Shown piece after piece: positions 1 to 10,849 of a stretch of DNA of 63,834 bases (position 1 is its first letter; the number at the start of each line of letters is the position of its first letter). The notes beneath the pieces are model-generated. The model saw only the letters and a program-made list of their open reading frames with translations. It was not told the DNA's origin and did not search any database. Both the position numbers and the translations under genes were made by a program. Origin of the DNA: Octopus bimaculoides (lineage: Eukaryota); the NCBI RefSeq assembly GCF_001194135.2, contig NC_068989.1, positions 15,760,008 to 15,823,841 on the forward strand, read 5' to 3'.

Positions 1-69
<69 letters not shown>
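1..69. repeat. (GT)n microsatellite
   Basis: Pure GT dinucleotide run at the window start. Confidence 0.98.
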
Positions 70-73
<4 letters not shown>

Positions 74-596
74 TGTGTGTATGTGTGGTCTGTATGAGTG
101 TGTATTTGTGTGAGTGTGGTCGTTAACTCCACGATGTTTAATTCAGTAACGTTACGTATAAAGGTTACACATCTCTGAAGATTTCACAACACGTGTTGGT
201 TATGTAATTTACCTTATACAGCTAAAAATATTTTTTGTTAATGTTATACATATCAGACGGGGATGACTAAATATTTCATAAACTCTATTGTTTTATTTTC
301 GCCATCGGATTTCTACCAAATGACAGGAGTACAGTAACGTGAACTGGCATTACACTTGGTGTTCTACATACCGATTGTTTGTTGCGTGTGTTAAGCTTTA
401 AATTGCAGGAGATGAATGTATATGTATATTGTATCCCTTGTAGCTCATTAGGACACTGCTTTCATGGCTACTGAATTGATTTGACTCTTATTTCTAGCAA
501 TACTGGTGCTGATTAGTGCCCTTGCTCACTTTAGTGACGTATATATTTCTGCCTTTAGGTTGTGAAATTGCGAATTATCCACCCATATTTTATATG

Positions 597-631
<35 letters not shown>

Positions 632-918
632 NNNNNNNNNNNNNNNNNNNNNNNNNNNNNNNNNNNNNNNNNNNNNNNNNNNNNNNNNNNNNNNNNNNNN
701 NNNNNNNNNNNNNNNNNNNNNNNNNNNNNNNNNNNNNNNNNNNNNNNNNNNNNNNNNNNNNNNNNNNNNNNNNNNNNNNNNNNNNNNNNNNNNNNNNNNN
801 NNNNNNNNNNNNNNNNNNNNNNNNNNNNNNNNNNNNNNNNNNNNNNNNNNNNNNNNNNNNNNNNNNNNNNNNNNNNNNNNNNNNNNNNNNNNNNNNNNNN
901 NNNNNNNNNNNNNNNNNN

Positions 919-1077
919 GGGGGGCGAGGCAGTCGATTAGATCAACCCCGATACGCAGCTGGTGCTTAATTTATTTACCCCGAAATGATGAAAGGGAAAG
1001 TCGACTAAGGCGGAATTTGAACTCAGAAGGTAAAGACAGAAGAAATACCACCAGGCATTTCACCCGGCGTTCTAACG
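919..1077 (-). mobile_element. tRNA-derived SINE, family A (partial)
   Basis: Reverse complement matches the family A copy at 6296-6532 (B-box-like ttctgagttcaaattccgcc, then gtcgactttccctttcatc). The 3' part is lost in an N-gap. Confidence 0.85.
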
Positions 1078-2014
1078 TATACATACTGATATATACACAC
1101 TGATATATACATACATGCAGAAATATATATATACATATATATATATAACAATAATTATATATATACGTATACATACATAAATACATACACGTATTCTTTC
1201 AAATACTTTTGAAATATAACTTTCTTGAACAATACTATTAAATGTAAATTGTTACATAGGTGCTGCATATTTTACCGTTATGATAAAAAGGTGAAAATAG
1301 TAAACTGGATATAACAAAAAAAAAAAGAAGACATGTACATGCTTGAATACACATATTTCATTATAAATATTCTATTTTCACATAAATTTTCATGGAATGT
1401 CCTCATCCGCCAGACAGCTTTGCTCCACAAATATGCAAGATTGTTGCTTCCTTGTCCATAAATATATATGCTTGCGTATGCATGTTTGTAAGTATATACG
1501 TACGTATCTATCTATGCATGTAGATAAATAGGGAGAAAGGTGGGCGTACACATGTGTGAGCATGTGTGTAAGCATGTGTGTGAGTTCTTGAGAAAAAATA
1601 TCCAATGAGCAATGAGCTTTATTGATCTAAGTTCAACGTATAATGTAATCTTGATATGTATGATCGATCTAGATAGGAAAAACAGACCCTAGGATGCCTA
1701 AAATGAAGTGAAATGGAATAACTATATCATGCAAGGAATTGCAATTTTTCAAGCGCAGACCTGACAGCTTGAACCATATCGTCTGCTATTTTTCTTTCAC
1801 GCACGCTCGCACGCGAAGAAGTACAGAATATAAATCTCGACACATACACGTACATATATATGTGTCTATATACTCCAACATAAAACCTCGAATAGTATAC
1901 AAGTTTAGATGCATACATAAATAATGTATGAGTGTGAATGTGTGCATATATATATATATAATATTCTTCTATATACACATGTAATATAAATACATATATA
2001 CAAATCTATAAATC

Positions 2015-2052
<38 letters not shown>

Positions 2053-2239
2053 AAGAATAAAAAGTTTCTTTTATTGGCCTCAGTTGTGACTGTTATGCTT
2101 TTGTCGGTGTTCCGGCATCTGTTCCGGCATGTAAATGTTTTCTGAAGGACGAGACTCTAGTGTTTGAGATATTCTTTGATGCGGACGTGTAATGGTCTTG
2201 TTGTGCTACCCCCATAGAACTTGTTGCATTTGTCACATT

Positions 2240-2360
2240 GTATTCTATGCACAATGAAAGAAATTTAGGCAACTTAAGAATTAAGGAAGCTATACTCATA
2301 CACAGACTAGGACCCCAAATTAACAACTGGCTGGAGGTTGGTAATCAATATATTATTTAG
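2240..2360 (+). mobile_element. Possible C-terminal tail of a PLE GIY-YIG endonuclease
   Basis: Translates as HNERNLGNLRIKEAILIHRLGPQINN, resembling the R-x-x-x-E-A-I-x-I...P-x-L-N end of PLE GIY-YIG domains. The upstream part of the domain is not recognisable. Confidence 0.45.
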
Positions 2361-2553
2361 CTACATATGGATCTGTGTAGATTCATTTTTGATATGCTAA
2401 TCTATTGTTTATAACAAAAAAAAGAGAAGTTAAAAAAAAAGAAGGGAAAATAAGGAAGCTGCACGTATAATACATAACTTAGAAGCAGCGCTACAGATGT
2501 ACCAGCACACACGAGATTGAGACATCACCGACCTCATGCACTTCTCAAAAAGA

Positions 2554-3032
2554 AAAAAAATATTTATATATTTTTTTAAGGGAGATAAAAGTAAGAAGGA
2601 GCAATGAAATCAAAAGAATATAGTTGTGGAGTTCCATCGTATTGATCATTGTTGAAAGTAATGTTGATGTTATGTTATATTGAAAGTAATGTTTAAGTTC
2701 ATGTTATAAAGAAGTGCTGGATGTCCTAATTTGGATTCAAAAAATAGAAAGTGTTCAGATAACATATAACGGTATAATTAACTTGTATAATTTGTAGTAT
2801 GTAAATAAATAAATAAATAAATAGATGTTGTACCAGTTATATAAAATTGGAGGAGTTATTTATCCAGCTCTTCTTTATAACATGAACTTAAACAGTACTT
2901 TCAAAATAACATAACATCAACATTACTTTCAACAATGGTCAATACGATGGGATTCCACAACTATATTCTTTTGATTTCATTGCTCCTTCTTACTTCCATC
3001 TCCCTTCAGAAAAAATATATAAATATTTTTTT
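2554..3032. repeat. Inverted repeat, arms of about 170 bp (2554-2722 and 2862-3032) with a spacer of about 140 bp
   Basis: The arms are reverse complements with few mismatches, e.g. gtaagaaggagcaatgaaatcaaaagaatatagttgtgga versus tccacaactatattcttttgatttcattgctccttcttac. Confidence 0.93.
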
Positions 3033-3513
3033 CCAACATTATTACGTATAACATACTGCTCTACACAAAATAGAACCCTTTACTTTATTTTATTCATAAG
3101 TATATCCTTGCATTAACACCTATCGAGCGTGGATATCGAAGTAAAATTTGGTACAAATATTAACTTAATTCAAACAAGCAATATTTTCCTATATAAATAA
3201 TATTACCATTACCTTTATTACCACACGTTTATCGTGTGTGTGTATATATGTCAATACTACAAGTATAAATACACGATTATTTCCCTTTTACATTTCCATT
3301 ACACAGAAAATACTTTTCTTTCAGCTTTAATCTGGTTTATAAATTATTCTATCTACTTTCCACTCCAGATTCTAATTTTCTCTTCTTTCCTCCTTTTCTT
3401 CCTTCCTCATCCAACGTACTGTCTTATTTTTCAAATAAGCTCTGTAGCATTCTTCTCTACTCGCAGTTGTCACATTCGGTAATAATGTCTTACGGTTGAG
3501 TTGATTTTTATGC

Positions 3514-3603
3514 ATTTCCCTGAAGAGAAGATTACATCTTTCTCGACATCACTCATTCCTTTGGAATGAACCAATTGTAATCTTCGAAACATATGTCGGA
3601 AAT
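3514..3603 (+). ncRNA. Type I hammerhead ribozyme, intact core, GUC cleavage site after 3597
   Basis: Helix I ATTTCC(3514-19)/GGAAAT(3598-3603); core CTGAAGA(3520-26); helix II GAAGATTACA(3527-36)/TGTAATCTTC(3576-85); GAAA(3586-89); helix III AC-ATAT-GT, then C17. Confidence 0.9.
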
Positions 3604-4707
3604 AAAAGAAATCACTTAATACATGCGTATAACTCCATTTATTTAAACTTATATATATATATATATNNNNNNNNNNNNNNNNNNNNNNNNNNNNNNNNNN
3701 NNNNNNNNNNNNNNNNNNNNNNNNNNNNNNNNNNNNNNNNNNNNNNNNNNNNNNNNNNNNNNNNNNNNNNNNNNNNNNNNNNNNNNNNNNNNNNNNNNNN
3801 NNNNNNNNNNNNNNATGCATACATGTATATATATGTATGTATTTATGTATATATATGCACAAGCGTGCTTCACACACATACATTTATTCTATTTAGTTTG
3901 GTGTGTATAGATAACGTGAAGGGAAAATAGGCCACATCTTTTATTATATGTGTTCATAAGCTTCTTTTTCATTGGTTGAGATAAAATATTATCTAAGGTA
4001 CAAGCTTTGACTAATCGTAACTGATGTTAATCATTATTCTTGTTGAGATTTGACCCTGAACGCATGCAAGCGATATATACTTTACAAAATATTTTGAAAT
4101 TACAATAGTAAGAATTTTATAACTAAAATGGAGCTGGGAGAATAAATAATGAAGCGTGTTTGATCCCTGGAAGGGTAGTGTGTTAGCTATGGAAATAGTA
4201 GGGAGTCTTTCATAGCTATTCTATACGTCTGTTCAGTCAGGGCCTAAATGCGATTCATCAAGTATAACATATAAGTATTAATTCATTGAATTGTGTCAAT
4301 TACTTGTAGACTTTGCTCCTCATGCAAGAAACCACAGAAACCAAAGCAAAATAAATGGAATTCGACCATTATCATCACTTGCAACTGATAATTAATAATT
4401 AGTTTCCGTTTCTGCTACTTTCCTCTTATATTCTCTCTTCTCCTCACCTCTCTCTCTCTCTCTCATTTCCTATCTGTCTCTATTTCTCTTATACGCATAG
4501 GCAAAGAAAGAAATCAAGGACAAACAGTCTCGACGTGTTCTATTACCAAATCGTCTGGCTGGAGATCATAAATCTAGTTTAGCGACGCCAACGGAAACGA
4601 AGATAACGTCTAGAGCTTTGCGTGACTGAGGCAAGTTTAATATATTAAACACTTTCACATCTAACTATCTACTATCCCCCATGCATTCACCCTTTCCCCC
4701 TCTTCCC

Positions 4708-4763
<56 letters not shown>

Positions 4764-5415
4764 NNNNNNNNNNNNNNNNNNNNNNNNNNNNNNNNNNNNN
4801 NNNNNNNNNNNNNNNNNNNNNNNNNNNNNNNNNNNNNNNNNNNNNNNNNNNNNNNNNNNNNNNNNNNNNNNNNNNNNNNNNNNNNNNNNNNNNNNNNNNN
4901 NNNNNNNNNNNNNNNNNNNNNNNNNNNNNNNNNNNNNNNNNNNNNNNNNNNNNNNNNNNNNNNNNNNNNNNNNNNNNNNNNNNNNNNNNNNNNNNNNNNN
5001 NNNNNNNNNNNNNNNNNNNNNNNNNNNNNNNNNNNNNNNNNNNNNNNNNNNNNNNNNNNNNNNNNNNNNNNNNNNNNNNNNNNNNNNNNNNNNNNNNNNN
5101 NNNNNNNNNNNNNNNNNNNNNNNNNNNNNNNNNNNNNNNATATATATATATATTCGGATTTTTTCCATCTCAAGCACACGTAGAACAGGGTTTGCTCTTA
5201 GCGTTTTTCACAAAACTTTGTATTTTACAAGTTATTTCGTGTTAAAGTTGTATTTGGGTAATTTTAAGCAATCAATGATGTGTATTCAGCTGAAGAAAGT
5301 TACTGCTGCTGTTTGACAAAAAACCACAAAGTACAAGTGTTTGTGACAAACCATGTTATATTGACAACCGTGTTTACAAATAAAGGTACATAAGGAATTT
5401 GAGAATAAACATAAA

Positions 5416-5554
5416 CTTAATCTTACAGCTGTTTCGGCCTAGCTTTGGCATGCACCATTCTATCCAAATCGTTCCTGCCGGAGTAATTAGCGGATGAAAT
5501 GCTGAAATGGAGGTACATGCACGATTCGTTAGGCCTCTTCAGAGATTCACTAAG
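5416..5554 (-). ncRNA. Type I hammerhead ribozyme with about 100-nt helix II, GUA site (cut between 5424 and 5423)
   Basis: Minus strand reads AATCT-CTGAAGA-GGCCTA...TAGGCC-GAAAC-AGCT-GTA-AGATT. Helix II is extended by GCATGTACC/GGTGCATGC pairing. Confidence 0.88.
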
Positions 5555-5704
5555 AATTTCAAGCGATGGTGGGGTGACAAGCACAGACATACAAACATTC
5601 ACTGATTTTCAAAATAGAAATATTATTATTTCTAAATCGCTCTAAAAGAGGATATATATAAATAAACCTTCGAACAGTGGCGCTTCCTTCTCCGGGTGTT
5701 AGGG

Positions 5705-5875
5705 CTCAAGCATGTAACAGATGCAGTCCCTAATCCCGCTAGCAAACAGCGCCCCGTTATAATAGTGGGATTCTGCGACGAAATTGCCTTGGCTAGAGGA
5801 CAGATTCGAGATCCTCTTGCTAATACTCTTCACCGAGGTTTTGAACACGATTGATGGGTGGCAGGAGGCTGTGTA
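5705..5875 (-). mobile_element. PLE RT-thumb fragment (GLYRDD-type, tentatively Nematis-like)
   Basis: Translates as TASCHPSIVFKTSVKSISKRISNLSSSQGNFVAESHYYNGALFASGIRDCICY, which aligns with the thumb region of the copy at 18330-18480 (LVKNISTRISRLSAN...YYNAALARAGYREKIQY). Confidence 0.7.
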
Positions 5876-5921
5876 ACCCTACCACAAGCCAAACAAGAGG
5901 CTGGCAAATATCTACACAGCC

Positions 5922-6861
5922 GTTAGAATATCTCTGTTCAAGATAGAAGCAGCATACGAATCAAAAGGTAGTGTTTATTGCCACTTTGATGTGGGTGTTC
6001 TCTAACAGACGACAATACTGCTGTTTTAACCCTACGAAGAAAATCTCTTCCACTTGCTTTATTCAGTGCGCTTTCAGCACTTATTGCAAGCAAGAGATAA
6101 CACCTGCCACCCTAGCTTGGAGACCACCAGACCACGTGATTTTGATCTTATTGGATCTGTTCGGTTGTGGGCACTCGTTTTCCACGCATGCCGGTAGTTT
6201 AATCTCGCTTTCAATATATAAAAAAAAACAGTGTTGTACAATCACTGATTTTCTAACTAGAAAACTAGTCCATTAGAAAATCAGTAATTGTATAAGACTA
6301 AGGCGGTTAGCTGGCAGAATCGTTAACACGCCGCGCGAAATGCTTAGCGGTATTTCGTCTGCCGCTACGTTCTGAGTTCAAATTCCGCCGAGGTCGACTT
6401 TGCCTTTCATCCTTTCGGGGTCGATTAAATAAGTACCAGTTACGCACTGGGGTCGACGTAATCGACTTAAACCCTTTGTTTGTCCTTGTTTGTCCCTTCT
6501 ATGTTTAGCCCCTTGTGGGCAGTAAAGAAATAAGTAATTGTATAACACAGCATTTTCTATATATCGCAAGCGAGGTCAAACTCTGGCATGCCTGGCAAAC
6601 GAGTGCCCACCACCTAACAGATCCAATAAGATCAAAATCAGGTGGTCTGGTGGTCTCCAAGCTAGGGTGGTAGGTGTTATCTCTTGCTTGCAATAAATAT
6701 TGATTGCTGAAAGCGCACTGAATGAAGCAGCTGGAGGAGATATCTTCGTAGGGTTAAGACAGCAGTATTGTCGTCTGCTAGAGAACACCCACGTCAAAGT
6801 GGCGATAGACACTACCTTTTGATTCGTATACTGCTTCTATCTCGAACAGAGATATTCTAAC
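5922..6861. repeat. Foldback (palindromic) element, arms of about 335 bp, right arm interrupted by a SINE
   Basis: 5922-6256 is the reverse complement of 6273-6295 plus 6546-6861. The 16-nt loop is at 6257-6272. Confidence 0.92.
6296..6532 (+). mobile_element. Full-length tRNA-derived SINE, family A, with 13-bp target-site duplication
   Basis: Head ggcggttagctggcagaatcgtta, B-box-like gagttcaaattcc, tail aaagaaataag. TSD agtaattgtataa at 6283-6295 and 6533-6545. Confidence 0.93.
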
Positions 6862-6872
6862 AGACTAGTTTT

Positions 6873-6908
<36 letters not shown>

Positions 6909-6928
6909 TCATATGCATATATTTGTAG

Positions 6929-6959
<31 letters not shown>

Positions 6960-7121
6960 GAAATAGACAAAAAGTTAGCTAGAGGGATAAATAGATAGAT
7001 ATGATTACATAGCTACTGTAAATCTATAAGTAGGGTATGTGTGTGCATGTGTGTGTTTGTGAGCGTGCACGTATGGATATACATATATATATGTGTGTGT
7101 GTATCGTGTATGTGTCTGTAT

Positions 7122-7152
<31 letters not shown>

Positions 7153-7198
7153 CATATATGTATATATGCACTTGCATACACAAATATAAACGTATGTA

Positions 7199-8463
7199 CG
7201 AGGAAGTATCAAAAAGTTCCCGGAGTAGTTCTGGGGCGCCAACAGATGCAAGCACATGATTGTGTCCACAGTGAGAGTTAGCAGTGCCCTTCGTTAGGCA
7301 GTATGCCGAGTGACATCACTGTGTTTGCTTCGCAAGTTGTGAAATTTGTGTTTTTGCGATTTCGATATTTGCTGTAGTCTGCGATTTTGTCAAGGACAGA
7401 AAGTTGGAAGAAAGAACCAGCGTGAAATTTTGTGTTAAACTTAGGAAGTTTGTTACAGAGACATTGAACATGCTTCGGCAAGCTTCGGCAAGCTTCGGCA
7501 ATGTTTCGAGTGGCATGGGCGCTCCAAAAGCTGAAGGATGTTCCTGAAACACGATGAGCTATCTGGAAGTCCTGCCACGAGCTTCAACTCCGGCAATGTG
7601 GAGAAAATTTATCAGTTTGTGCATGAGGATCATCGGAAACAATCAATGATATTTCTGATGTTGTTGCTCTGTCGTATGGGTAACCTCTGTCGTAACGTCT
7701 GAATTGAACATGCAGCGTATCTCTACCAAGTTTGTTACCCGCTTGCTGACCACTATGCGGAATTAACATTGCGCCGAAGTCTGTCAAGATTTCCGTTAGC
7801 GTGCCGCAGATGACCCATCTTTCATGTCAAGGATCATCACCGGTGACGAGAGTTGGGTCTACGGGTACGACCCTGATACGAAGCAGCAGTCGTTACGATG
7901 GAAGAGCCCTTCATCTCCACGACCGAAAAACGCAAGACATAGCCGCAGGTCAATCAAGAGCATCTGCATCGATTTTTCGACATCCGCGTTATTGCGTTTT
8001 TGTGCATCGAGAATTCGTCGATTGAGAGTTCTACTGGAACGTTTTGAGGCGTTTGAGGGAGGACATTCGGATCTGTGTTACGCGAAGAATTAGATTCTTC
8101 ACGACGACAATCCATCCTGTCACCGAACTCTCTTCACTCGCGAGTTTCTCGCCAAAAACATGGTGTCGCTTCCACACCCGCCCTATTTGCCAGATTTAAC
8201 ACCTATGGACTTCCATATCTTCCCCAAGATGAAAATGCAGTTCAAAGATCACCGTTTTAACACAGCTGTCGAGATCCTGAGCGAATCGCAGAAAGTTCTC
8301 GACTCGCTTACGGAAAAACGACTTCCAGGCTGGATTCCAAAAGCGGCAGGAACGCTGGGACCGATGTATTGCTGCGCAAGGTGACTATTTCGGAGGAGAT
8401 GATGTTAAAACTTAGGTGAATAAGTTATCTTTTATTAAACGTAAATAGTCTGATATCACCTCG
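7199..8463 (+). mobile_element. Mariner (DD34D) transposon, decayed
   Basis: TA-CGAGG...CCTCG termini. Transposase motifs: KFCVKL, FEWH, KFVTRLL, RIITGDESWVYGYDP, ILHDDN, HPPYLPDLTPMDF. Contains frameshifts and deletions. Confidence 0.93.
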
Positions 8464-8707
8464 AGTATAAACTTATTTCTAATGATGTACAATGTTGTGC
8501 AATGTTTTACAGGACTAACCTCTTTTCAAAATAGTGAAACTACTGAATAAATTATAAACTAGATTTAGATACTTTTAAGTGATATATATGCAAGCTTTCT
8601 TTCTTTTCATTCTTTCCAACTTTATTCTGTCTGGGTTGTGGTATTCCATCCCCTTTTACACACATACACAAGCACACACATCCGAATGTATATACAAACA
8701 CGCATAC

Positions 8708-8765
<58 letters not shown>

Positions 8766-9134
8766 CTATATAGTACATGTATGTATGTTAATATATGCAA
8801 ATATATTTTATCAGTGTATAAATGAAATATGAGTAGATGTCGCCTATATATTTGATAAACAATTATGTTATAGAAATAGATTATTAGAATATATAGACTT
8901 GTGTGCTGGGGGATTAGTTATGCGATAGCGTGTGTTATACACCAATCAACTGATTTTGTACTTGCAATTAGAATTTAAAAAATTTTTTTAATGTGGGCGT
9001 TATTGAAATTTAAAAGCAACACGCAAGAGAGTTAAGCATAATCATATCACAATTCATATTTTTAATATAACAGTGACAACAGAATTGGGTGTAGCTTTTC
9101 GGTCTTAATCACAACTGGGGAAAGCAACGAATTA

Positions 9135-9365
9135 CAGTAATCCCTCGCCATATAGCGGTTCACCTATCACGGTTCACTTATCGCGGTTTATTATTTAAGC
9201 TTACGTCAATTCCTCCATGGTGTTCTTTTGCATTTATAATAAAATTAATATATACGAATTATAAATTTTTTAAAAATATATACAGTACAATAGTTTATAC
9301 TTCGCGGATTTTAACCTATCACGGGGGTGGGAAACGTAACATCCGCGATAGTCAAGGGATTACTG
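9135..9365. mobile_element. pogo/Tigger-like MITE
   Basis: TIRs CAGTAATCCCTCGCCATATAGCGG and CCGCGATAGTCAAGGGATTACTG. TA on the left flank, CA on the right. Confidence 0.8.
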
Positions 9366-9489
9366 CACGTGGAAAGTTTTTGTAGGTATTATAGATGATA
9401 ATCTTAGCACTTTTAGATAATTATAGTAGAGTTAAAAAAACTATAGTGTTTGCTGTTATTAGAACGATTATTTATGGTCGGTTAAGGAA

Positions 9490-9900
9490 GAAGGGTGAGA
9501 GATTGTAGCATTTCACTGGTAGAAATATCGGTTTAAGTCTAAGTTACGGCTGAGTATTTAGGTCTTGAAAAAGAGAATTTTAGGAATCAGTGTTGGCAAG
9601 TTTTGTTGTGTGCTTGACACGATTGTGCATGGGACAATACTTTCCAGTAAATGATAGATTGGCTATTTTTTAAGTTCAGTGTTTCAGTAGGGTATGAATT
9701 TCCCTGTTTGTGTTTGGAAATGTATTCGTTTGTTGGTTGTATCCTGTTTTGAACCAGCTTGCAGTTGTCCCTACTTATGTGGTTGTGGTTGGTGTTGTAG
9801 AGTTGGTGTTTACAGCTGTGAAATAGATAATATTACTTGTAGGACAATTTATGCATGGAGAGCAAGGTGGTGGGATGTTAAAGTTGCATTTGCTATGCCT
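9490..9900 (-). mobile_element. PLE GIY-YIG endonuclease remnant (GLYRDD-type)
   Basis: Frameshifted translation CPTSNIIYFTAV...VGTTASWFKTGYNQQ...IIYWKVLSHAQS...KTCQH*FLKF matches the IVY/YIG-T-FK-RY/W-IL/CxxC-EKF pattern also seen at 28680-29026. Confidence 0.7.
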
Positions 9901-10189
9901 GAGTACGTAGAAATATTTTTGCTAAACTAAAATGACTATGAGCAAGTTTTTATTTTTCTGTAATGCTCTCTGTATGTAATTATATTTGCATTTATTTTTA
10001 TTGTAACGCAAAAATATTTTCATTATGATTTTTAAATTTGAATTTTGCCATGTTTCTGGGAAGTAAGATTTTGGGCTTTTGTGTATTGATAATTCTCATT
10101 TTTTGACTTAAGAACATACTCTCGGATGTTTAACTGTATTTTCTTGCAATTCTAGACTCATGTGCAACAAATAGAAAAAGCAGCTCTAA

Positions 10190-10720
10190 TAGATCTAGCC
10201 AGAACATTGGAATGGACACGATTTCTTGTTCTAAGGTTTGTGCTCTGATAAAAAGATGACTGCCTCTCCCTGAATGTGAACATGCTACATAGAACTCACT
10301 ATGCGAGAAATGAGGAATGTCAGATCAATCCCTGGGGCATTTCACAAACACTTGTTGATTTCCAGAGAAAGAGATTACTACTCTAGAAACTGAAGTCGCT
10401 ACAACTGAAACAGCATATTGGATTGGACGAGGGAATTGCGAGGAATGGACACATACACTTTTTGAGTACAACCAAAGGATTGGTGAACGGACCGCACAAG
10501 GCAAACTATTTTTGATGCATCCAAATTCTTTAACAACAAAAAATGAGTTCTCAGTTTTAGTTGCAGATTGTGAGAAAGTAAATCAATAAACTGAGATGAA
10601 TTTATACTCAGTATAGGATAGATAGACATATTTATGACTGCTCCATAATTTTTATTGTATTATGACTCTTCCAAGCGTAGTACAAAGTAGCAGCTAACCA
10701 TTGCTCCCAATTGAAATAAA
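10190..10720 (-). mobile_element. Helitron Pif1-helicase C-terminal remnant
   Basis: Translation HNLQLKLRTHFLLLKNLD...VSIPRNSLVQSNMLFQL*RLQF...INK...GIDL...SHSEFYVACSHSG matches the Pif1 motifs LxLK-G...LLRNL, IPRI, KRxQFP, TINKSQG and SHGQLYVACSRV. Confidence 0.75.
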
Positions 10721-10849
10721 ACTTCTGTAAACTAGTCTACTCTGAAATTTCTGTGAAACACAGCCCCCATGTTGTTAGTGAAGTGAAAATTTTTTTTTCT
10801 TGTTTTCAAATACAGATTTCTTTAAGTCTTAGTCTCAACATATCTTAGG

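Noticed and set aside
1727-1978. Minus-strand ORF ending SSRASVRERKIADDMVQAVRSALEKLQFLA
   Set aside because: No convincing splice acceptor or recognisable family; half the ORF is TA/CA repeat.
3494-3581. Minus-strand pseudo-exon (AAG acceptor, GTAAG donor, LQLVHSKGMSDVEKDVIFSSGKCIKINST)
   Set aside because: The acceptor is weak, and the sequence is better explained by the fully paired hammerhead on the plus strand.
6296-6400. tRNA genes
   Set aside because: The A/B-box-like motifs belong to SINE heads and no complete cloverleaf is present.
5971-6812. Paired ORFs of 101 and 78 aa with similar peptides
   Set aside because: They are the two arms of the same foldback. No recognisable domain, and the indels between arms are individually frame-disrupting.
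7471-7500. Triplicated 10-mer (a/t)gcttcggca in the mariner
   Set aside because: A local slippage duplication in a dead transposase gene.
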